A stretch of DNA of 64,000 nucleotides from a virus (Duplodnaviria; Heunggongvirae; Uroviricota; Caudoviricetes): positions 53,500-117,499 of the IMG/VR virus record IMGVR_UViG_3300042691_036629; one strand, 5' to 3'. The notes under the pieces are model-generated. The model saw nothing but the letters and a program-made list of their open reading frames with translations. It had not been told where the DNA came from and did no database searches. Below, one piece after another: positions 58,172-64,000 of the stretch; positions within the stretch are counted from its first letter, which is position 1, and every line of letters begins with the position of its first letter. A program made the position numbers and the translations under genes.

Positions 58172-58666
58172 TTAAAAATCTGGTTCAGTTTGTGAAGAAC
58201 TTAGATTTAATGTAAATGAATCATATTTAATATAACCATAATCGATTTTGGTATCTGTACCGACTAATCTGGATCCAGTATATCTAAATCCTGGATCTCT
58301 TCTTTTTTCAATATCATTTCTATTATATGAGTATTCAACATCTTCACTTATTAAAAAATCATATCTATTCCCAAAATTAGTAGCTTCCAGTTTGATTGAA
58401 ATATTTCCTTTTCTGAATTCCAATACTTCTAATCTACTCTTTGATGCAATGTTATCAATTAATAGTTTATTTATTTTGAATCCAATAGTTTCAACTAAAT
58501 CGTTAATTCTACTATTAGGATTCAGTCTAAACATAATTGAATTACCAACTAATCTAATATCAAATAAAGGACCCTCGTGTCTATGACCTTCATTTTGATG
58601 TGCGGGCTTTGTCGTATGTGGTTCTTCGGCAAGACCCAATCTCCTATCTTGAGTTTCATAGTCCAA
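58172..58666 (-). CDS. hypothetical protein (start uncertain; track uses a non-ATG start inside a GC-rich patch)
   Basis: 164 aa. The first codon is TTG. The N-terminal about 35 codons lie in the GC-rich island. Confidence 0.35.
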   Translation of the reverse strand: MDYETQDRRLGLAEEPHTTKPAHQNEGHRHEGPLFDIRLVGNSIMFRLNPNSRINDLVETIGFKINKLLIDNIASKSRLEVLEFRKGNISIKLEATNFGNRYDFLISEDVEYSYNRNDIEKRRDPGFRYTGSRLVGTDTKIDYGYIKYDSFTLNLSSSQTEPDF

Positions 58667-58934
58667 TTTCTTTCAGCTTCATTTCTCTCGTCTCTTCTAT
58701 GGAGAAGAACCTTCCTTTGCCAAGGGTCAGACGGTTTCCGTCGTCGCCGATCACCTTGTAGTACTTGTCATAATCAGGGAAATCATCAGGGGATGTCCCG
58801 GAGATGTCCTCGCACTCGTAGATCTTCCCTCTCGTGAGCACCTTGTTGGGGGTGGGATTTTTATATCCCAGGTCGAGCGTTAGGAAGTAGTCTTCCTTGG
58901 CAATCAGCTTTGCGGTCATAATATCTTTTAACAT
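58656..58934 (-). CDS. hypothetical small protein, ELGI-tail family, encoded in GC-rich island
   Basis: Ends TREMKLKEIGL using GC-rich synonymous codons (CTG, ATT, GGA, CTA). Confidence 0.45.
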   Translation of the reverse strand: MLKDIMTAKLIAKEDYFLTLDLGYKNPTPNKVLTRGKIYECEDISGTSPDDFPDYDKYYKVIGDDGNRLTLGKGRFFSIEETREMKLKEIGL

Positions 58935-59191
58935 ATTCCTAATTCCTTTAGTTTATCATCCCTCATTTTCTCCCTATCTAATTCGAATACATAATGATAG
59001 TCTGTGTTTATAGAACCATCTTCTCTTACTATGGTTATCGAACCTGGTTCAGGAGATCCGGTATGAGGACATGTATAAGGTTCTATGATATCGATTATCT
59101 GACCTCTATGATATTTACGAGTGAAATGTGATATACTTGGATGAGATTTATATTTGACGAAGTCTCCAATACTTAGTTTATTTTCCATCAC
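58928..59191 (-). CDS. hypothetical small protein, ELGI-tail family
   Basis: Ends MRDDKLKELGIC. GAATTAGGAATATG overlaps the next start codon. Confidence 0.45.
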   Translation of the reverse strand: MMENKLSIGDFVKYKSHPSISHFTRKYHRGQIIDIIEPYTCPHTGSPEPGSITIVREDGSINTDYHYVFELDREKMRDDKLKELGIC

Positions 59192-59744
59192 TACTTAATT
59201 TATAAATTCCTTTATATTTGAATAAGACACCATCAATATATGATAATTTATCTAAGACAATTCTATTAGGCATATTTAATGTTGAATCCATACCACCTGA
59301 TATATGTGTAGCATATATAATTTCTTGTACATCACCAGTTCCATTTGAATAATTAGCTGGTATGACACCTGATTTTGATATATCAGTTAAACCAGGAGAT
59401 ACACATAAATTTCTATCAGCATATCCATCCAATTCACGTTCCAAGGATGTTCTAATGCCACCCTTACCATAATTAATACTAATTAAGTGTGATAATTTTA
59501 CCATATGTGAATCTATACAAGATAAAACTTTCTCATTCAAATTATTTATATCCAAATCATCATATAAATTATCAATCAAATCAATTAACTGTGAAATATC
59601 TCCATCTATATCACTATATTTTTGATTTAATAGTATATTTAATTTATAATCCCTATTAGATATTTCTTTGAACTTTTCCTTTAAAATTAAATATTTATTC
59701 AATAAATATGTAAAATATTTATAATGTTCAGTTTCAAACTTCAT
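59178..59744 (-). CDS. hypothetical protein
   Basis: 188-aa ORF. Confidence 0.4.
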   Translation of the reverse strand: MKFETEHYKYFTYLLNKYLILKEKFKEISNRDYKLNILLNQKYSDIDGDISQLIDLIDNLYDDLDINNLNEKVLSCIDSHMVKLSHLISINYGKGGIRTSLERELDGYADRNLCVSPGLTDISKSGVIPANYSNGTGDVQEIIYATHISGGMDSTLNMPNRIVLDKLSYIDGVLFKYKGIYKLSSDGK

Positions 59745-59762
59745 TTATTAATTTATTATTAT

Positions 59763-60101
59763 TTAAATACCTAACTCTTCCAATTTTTTATTTCTAATAT
59801 AAGATTTACTAGGTAGTAATTGATCTTCTTGAAATGTAAGTGTTAGAAAATCAATGTCAAATTCATAACCCATACTGGTTGTATGATTATTTTCAAATGG
59901 TGTATTATCCTTAACTACACATAACCACATATTATCATGCTTATTATATCTCATAGAGATTATTTCACCTTCAATTTTATAACCATTAGTATTAAGATAA
60001 CCATCTGTTACAACAGAGTCACCTATTTTAAATTTAGGAGCAGGTGCATTATAAAATAATTTATATGTTCTATAAATGAACCAGGTTTTAATTTTTTTCA
60101 T
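59763..60101 (-). CDS. hypothetical protein, ELGI-tail family
   Basis: Ends IRNKKLEELGI. Confidence 0.45.
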   Translation of the reverse strand: MKKIKTWFIYRTYKLFYNAPAPKFKIGDSVVTDGYLNTNGYKIEGEIISMRYNKHDNMWLCVVKDNTPFENNHTTSMGYEFDIDFLTLTFQEDQLLPSKSYIRNKKLEELGI

Positions 60102-60465
60102 TTTTACTTAGAATGGTATTAATCTTTATATCTCTAATTTCAGCAGTTGTTAGAGCCTCGTCTCTTTGTAGTACAGAATCTAATATTAGTTTTTCTTGTT
60201 CGGTCGCAAGACGAGTTGGTCTATTCCATACAGAAGTACCTTCACCTAATGTCCAGGGGTAAGTGTTGGCCCCATCTGATTTTCTAATGAATACAACACT
60301 ATTTTTGTGCCAGTGGTTATTCATATTAGAGAAGCTTTGGCAATCTATTATAGAGTCGAATACATTTTGTGTTGAGTTGGGTCTAAATATACTAAAGCCT
60401 TCAGTACCATCAACTCTGATTGATGTTACGTGGTATGTTTCTCCTTTTTTGAACTCTCTATACAT
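60088..60465 (-). CDS. hypothetical protein, tail-like EIRDIKINTILSKNEKN
   Basis: 125-aa ORF. Confidence 0.4.
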   Translation of the reverse strand: MYREFKKGETYHVTSIRVDGTEGFSIFRPNSTQNVFDSIIDCQSFSNMNNHWHKNSVVFIRKSDGANTYPWTLGEGTSVWNRPTRLATEQEKLILDSVLQRDEALTTAEIRDIKINTILSKNEKN

Positions 60466-60501
60466 TTAATTTCTTTAGAATGTTTTAAATCAGATTCGAG
60501 T

Positions 60502-60981
60502 TCATAACTCTAAGTTATTTAGTATTTCTATTGCCTTATCCGTACAGATTCTTGTCAAACCATAACCAATATCAACACAATCTTCGTGATCTTTATTACC
60601 AGATGTTTTTACGAAATAAGGTAGTTGGTGTTCTTCCATATCTGTATCATCGTCTAAGATTAAATAACTCGTAATATCTTTGTTCTCTTTAAGATAAGCG
60701 TCTATTTCTTTTCCTCTACATAAAGTTGTGCCATAATGTCTCATAAAGTTTGGAGTTATACCAATAACCTCACCTGGTAAACCTCTTTTAATCCACATTT
60801 CTTTCATTATTTCTAACCCACTTAAACGCCAAGTACTACTTATAACAATCTTAGCACCAGTTTCATCAATCAATCGTTTTAGATTGTCTACTAAGTGTGG
60901 ATGAAATAGTGATCCATATTCATCTCTACCTTCGTAACAAAGGTTAAGAACGCCATCTATGTCTAAAAATATTACTTTCAT
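60502..60981 (-). CDS. HAD-superfamily phosphatase
   Basis: Motif I FLDIDGVLN and motif II ISSTWR. Confidence 0.55.
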   Translation of the reverse strand: MKVIFLDIDGVLNLCYEGRDEYGSLFHPHLVDNLKRLIDETGAKIVISSTWRLSGLEIMKEMWIKRGLPGEVIGITPNFMRHYGTTLCRGKEIDAYLKENKDITSYLILDDDTDMEEHQLPYFVKTSGNKDHEDCVDIGYGLTRICTDKAIEILNNLEL

Positions 60982-61051
60982 TTAGATACTTTTATAACAA
61001 ATATAATAAAAAATCACACACTATAAACCCAATTATTATAAATCTCTCATA

Positions 61052-61369
61052 TTATTTTTTTAATAATTCACTTATCTTCTTATCTCTTAAATATGTCTTA
61101 TATTCGTTCATACTTATTCGATGTATCTCTTCATAGAATATTGTCTTCTCCTCAGAGAAAAATGGTTCACTTGAAATCGTTTTACGACGGATTGATATAA
61201 AATCATCATCGATTGTATTGTTTGAATCTATTGTAAATATTCCAATAGATTCATCATCAAAATCCTCCCCTGTAATCTCTGACAATATTTCTATATCGTA
61301 TTCACCGGAATAATCATTTTTTTCATTCACCAAATAAAATAATTCGGTGACCTTTTTAATAGATCTCAT
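61052..61369 (-). CDS. hypothetical protein, tail LRDKKISELLKK (start trimmed)
   Basis: The track ORF (to 61489) runs across the tRNA-like gene. An internal ATG at 61369 gives MRSIKKVTELFY. Confidence 0.4.
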   Translation of the reverse strand: MRSIKKVTELFYLVNEKNDYSGEYDIEILSEITGEDFDDESIGIFTIDSNNTIDDDFISIRRKTISSEPFFSEEKTIFYEEIHRISMNEYKTYLRDKKISELLKK

Positions 61370-61371
61370 AG

Positions 61372-61537
61372 AAGTCAGAACAGGACTCGAACCTGTACAC
61401 ACTCGTTCCCGTTTATAGGGCCGCCTTGTCGATTGTACTTCTCGTGCGTCTACCAAATTAACATTGTCCCCGTAGTGGATTCTAACCACATTATTTTTAC
61501 AACTAGAACGGGGATGTTAATATTCCGCCACCTGACT
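61372..61537 (-). tRNA. class-II-like tRNA-like gene with about 65-nt structured insertion in the D-loop
   Basis: Acceptor stem AGUCAGG/UCUGACU is perfect. T-arm ACAGG-UUCGAGU-CCUGU. D-arm GCGGAAU[insert]UUGGUAGACGC. The insert (about 61457-61521) is flanked by the 8-bp inverted repeat ATTAACAT/ATGTTAAT plus CCCCGT/ACGGGG. Anticodon not resolved. Confidence 0.5.
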
Positions 61538-61594
61538 AACGAGGGTTTTAATCTGTTATACCCACAAACTTAATTTCATCTATGAAGTTACCCT

Positions 61595-61819
61595 TCATAC
61601 ACAAGTAATTATAATTCTTTCTCTATTCGGATATAAAACATACTTTTTATTATCTAATAATATATGTTTTAAATTTTTTTTCCATTCAATATTATCTCGA
61701 GTATCATAAACCACTATTGATTTATTCTTTAATAACTCTAATATATTATCAACAATATCATCAGTATTATTACCACTCTCAATGATTTTTCTAATTTCGT
61801 CTTTCATATTATTTAGCAA
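61595..61819 (-). CDS. hypothetical protein
   Basis: 74-aa ORF lying between tRNA-like genes. Confidence 0.35.
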   Translation of the reverse strand: MLNNMKDEIRKIIESGNNTDDIVDNILELLKNKSIVVYDTRDNIEWKKNLKHILLDNKKYVLYPNRERIIITCV

Positions 61820-61828
61820 CCATGTTCG

Positions 61829-61918
61829 TAGTCAGAAAAGGATTCGAACCTATATAAGCAAAATTTTCAGAATCAGTATCTGAGTCATCTAGCCGTCCTA
61901 CCATTAGACGATCTGACT
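61829..61918 (-). tRNA. tRNA-like gene, anticodon loop UACUGAU (CUG, Gln-like), non-canonical D region
   Basis: Acceptor stem AGUCAGA/UCUGACU is perfect. GGTTCGAATCC T-loop. Anticodon stem UCAGA/UCUGA is perfect. 90 nt long. Confidence 0.5.
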
Positions 61919-61924
61919 ATTTAG

Positions 61925-61999
61925 TGGACAGATTGAGATTTGAACTCACGTAACACCTGATCAAGGTCAACCCAGTTGTATTAAGTTACATTTCCGCCC
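61925..61999 (-). tRNA. tRNA-like gene, weak anticodon stem (loop UUGAUCA, GAU, Ile-like?)
   Basis: Acceptor stem GGGCGGA/UCUGUCC with two G-U pairs. D-stem UGUA/UACA. T-loop GAGUUCAAAUCUC. Confidence 0.4.
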
Positions 62000-62073
62000 T
62001 GGCGTGTATTTTTTATTCAATAAATGGTATTTACTAAACCTCACCCTATGTAATACACAAAACCACACATAGT

Positions 62074-62167
62074 TAGAACCTCGTAGTCAGGACAGGACTC
62101 GAACCTGTATGAGAACCTTTCGATTTTACCTACATGGATTTACCTCTAATAACGTCTACCAATTCCG
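62074..62167 (-). tRNA. class-II (Leu-like) tRNA, anticodon unresolved
   Basis: Acceptor stem AGUCAGG/CCUGACU is perfect. D-arm GCGGAAUUGGUAGACGU. T-arm ACAGG-UUCGAGU-CCUGU. Variable arm AAUC-GAAA-GGUU. Same 5' half as the insertion-bearing gene. Confidence 0.6.
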
Positions 62168-62220
62168 CCACCTGACTAAAACAAATATAGTAATATTTTT
62201 ACAATAATCACCAAAATCTT

Positions 62221-62484
62221 TTAATATTTAACCATTAAGAAACTATGATTTCTTGGTTCATTATAATCACCAGTCACTACTTGTTGTACTTGATATCCCT
62301 TTTGTAGATATTTATTTAATTGATCGTATCCTACATATACCGTCGAAGTTGGTTTAGCAGGTACAGTTAACATAACACCACTGTTTCCACCAAATCTATT
62401 ATCATTCGTTGCACCACTAATAGTCATTGATAATGTAGTGATTACGGTTATACCGATTGCTATTCCTAAAAGTATTCTTTTCAT
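62221..62484 (-). CDS. small secreted protein (paralog of 53960..54220)
   Basis: Signal peptide MKRILLGIAIGITVITTLSM. Confidence 0.45.
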   Translation of the reverse strand: MKRILLGIAIGITVITTLSMTISGATNDNRFGGNSGVMLTVPAKPTSTVYVGYDQLNKYLQKGYQVQQVVTGDYNEPRNHSFLMVKY

Positions 62485-62515
62485 ATTATTCCAGTTTTAT
62501 TTTTAACGAAGTCAA

Positions 62516-62752
62516 TTAAGAGAACCAACAATTACAAGTACCTGAGTTATATCTACCACACTCTGGACAACGGTGTTTTTTCTCCTCCTTGACCTTCTCT
62601 ACTTTCTCTAGTTTTAAATTAGATAAATATTCAGTCTCTATTTTAAGATAAGATTGTAAAACATCTTTTAATGTAAACATATTAATACCACCATTTTTAT
62701 CGTATAAATCAATCTTATCAATCAATTGTTCCATTGGAGTTTTATCAGCCAT
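62516..62752 (-). CDS. hypothetical protein with C-terminal Zn-ribbon
   Basis: Ends CPECGRYNSGTCNCW. Confidence 0.4.
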   Translation of the reverse strand: MADKTPMEQLIDKIDLYDKNGGINMFTLKDVLQSYLKIETEYLSNLKLEKVEKVKEEKKHRCPECGRYNSGTCNCWFS

Positions 62753-62833
62753 CTCTTTTCGTTTTTAATTTATACTACAAATATAAAAAAAATAAAAATT
62801 ACTTTTTAATATATAAAGAAAATAAAAATTATT

Positions 62834-63130
62834 ATGAAGAATATTAAAACATTTGAAAATTATGGACGTGATAGAGGAACATATCAAGAAAATGAAAGAC
62901 GTTCAGATAGAACTAAAGAGTTAGACAATTTTTTAAGAAAGAAAAATGTAATCAATGATGATAAAACATCCGAAATTATCGAAAGATTTAAAGCTGAGTT
63001 TGGTAATAGAGATTTTTCAACTCAAGAGTTTGCTGAGTTCTATCATGTATTAAGAACTGAAGGTTTTGATGGTATTCAGATTTTTAATGCTTTAGGTAAT
63101 ATGATACCAGAAAATAATGATGAAGAATAA
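62834..63130 (+). CDS. hypothetical protein, MKNIKTFENY N-terminal family
   Basis: 98-aa ORF with TAATATATAAAG upstream. Confidence 0.45.
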   Translation: MKNIKTFENYGRDRGTYQENERRSDRTKELDNFLRKKNVINDDKTSEIIERFKAEFGNRDFSTQEFAEFYHVLRTEGFDGIQIFNALGNMIPENNDEE

Positions 63131-63669
63131 TGAGATATTTACAAACATATGAGTCACTATCAAATGATAGTTTAGTTTCTTTAGTAAAAGAACTTAATAA
63201 TATAAAACCAGATGCTATTATCTATTCATCACCAGGAAGGTTTACATTTAACCACCCAAGCGTTAAATTGATTAAATTGAATTTTGAAGAAGGTGATTTA
63301 GTTAGTACATCAAAGTCTAGTTTTGATAATTCAAATGATAAAGGTGCTCATTTATTGAGTATGGGAAATTCAATTGAATACCTTTATAAAAATGATCCAG
63401 ATTATATTAAAACTAAGAATATAAAAAAATTAAACTTACCAATCTATGTAGTTTTAGATAAGGTTGATAAAAAGAAGTTATTTGAAATTGCTAATAAAAT
63501 AACTGATAGTGGTTATTCGGTTACTTATTATATGTTTACATATAGTGAACAAGATTGGTTAAAACCTGAAAACTTCTCTGTAAATTCACTTAGATATTCA
63601 AAGAAAATTTCAGAAAGTGAAATAGTGGGACTTAAACATGATTTTAAGTTTGTTATAGAGTTTAAATAA
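63130..63669 (+). CDS. hypothetical protein, MRYLQTYESL N-terminal family
   Basis: 179 aa. Its start overlaps the upstream stop (ATGA). Confidence 0.45.
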   Translation: MRYLQTYESLSNDSLVSLVKELNNIKPDAIIYSSPGRFTFNHPSVKLIKLNFEEGDLVSTSKSSFDNSNDKGAHLLSMGNSIEYLYKNDPDYIKTKNIKKLNLPIYVVLDKVDKKKLFEIANKITDSGYSVTYYMFTYSEQDWLKPENFSVNSLRYSKKISESEIVGLKHDFKFVIEFK

Positions 63670-63699
63670 TTTATTATTATATTTAAAAAAATAAATGAA

Positions 63700-64000
63700 A
63701 TGAAAAAATTAAAAACATTTGAAGGTTTTTTTGACTTCTTCGAAAAAAGTGATGAACAAAAGTTAAAGTCCGCTAAAAATAAAGTGATTGGACTTTGTAA
63801 TTTATATTTAATTGGTGATAGCTCTATTGGTAAAAGGTTTAGAGTTAATGATGATTTATCTGTTGATGTTTATTGTCATGTTGATTTATCTGGTTTAAAG
63901 CTAACTAAGTTACCGGTTAAGTTTAATAAAGTCAATGGTGATTTCAATTGTAGTAACAATCAATTAACATCCTTAGAAGGTGCTCCAAAAGAAATTAATG
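63700..64000 (+). CDS. hypothetical LRR-like protein, MKKLKTFEGF N-terminal family (3' end beyond window)
   Basis: The first ATG at 63695 hits TGA after two codons. ATG at 63700 opens a frame to the window end. GDFNCSNNQLTSLEGAP resembles bacterial LPX-type leucine-rich repeats. Confidence 0.45.
   Translation, partial: MKKLKTFEGFFDFFEKSDEQKLKSAKNKVIGLCNLYLIGDSSIGKRFRVNDDLSVDVYCHVDLSGLKLTKLPVKFNKVNGDFNCSNNQLTSLEGAPKEIN

Noticed and set aside
63695-63703. First ATG at 63695 as start of the last gene
   Set aside because: ATG AAA TGA terminates after two codons. The in-frame productive start is the second ATG at 63700 (MKKLKTFEGF).
1-64000. rRNA genes, CRISPR arrays, or classical IS/transposon ends
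   Set aside because: No rRNA-like conserved stretches, no periodic repeat-spacer arrays, and no transposase-like ORFs flanked by inverted repeats were seen anywhere in the window.

Overview
The window is visibly AT-rich (roughly 30% G+C by eye), densely packed DNA that reads as part of a large virulent-type (T4-like or jumbo-like) phage genome with a Bacteroidetes host signature (a T9SS/Por C-terminal sorting domain). It holds many short genes of unknown function, mostly on the minus strand and overlapping end-to-start. Recognisable functions include HU, ClpP-like protease, IF3, a CCA/poly(A)-type nucleotidyltransferase head, five tRNA-like genes (one carrying a 65-nt structured insertion), a dNMP-kinase-like protein, an SPFH protein, an M50 metalloprotease and a GNAT acetyltransferase. 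A cluster of NAD+/ADP-ribose metabolism genes is present: an Nampt/NadV-like phosphoribosyltransferase, a Prs-like pyrophosphokinase, a Nudix hydrolase and a PARG/macro-like protein. Selfish elements are dense: two GIY-YIG and one T5orf172-like endonuclease, an HNH endonuclease, and a LAGLIDADG intein inserted in the Walker A motif of a P-loop protein but interrupted by an in-frame TAA. A truncated tyrosine recombinase has a swapped 5' end. Most notable are three lineage-specific families and a repeat family. (i) Sixteen or more proteins share an N-terminal decapeptide MK[YH][LI]KxF[EK]xF ending in an F-x-E motif, which may be a cleavable capsid-targeting propeptide. (ii) Four large paralogs share a core domain (GTLGxSCM / GRALxW / FMDRVY / YPYLDTL), and one carries a nine-fold DnaJ-like CxxCxGxG zinc-finger array. 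(iii) About 25 small minus-strand proteins end in (R/K)(D/E)xKLxELGI, whose coding DNA (GAATTAGGwATATG) directly abuts the next start codon. Finally, an approximately 30-bp palindromic element (ATACTAAAA-N10-TTTTAGTAT) recurs eight times in the 47.6-53.8 kb early-gene-like region.
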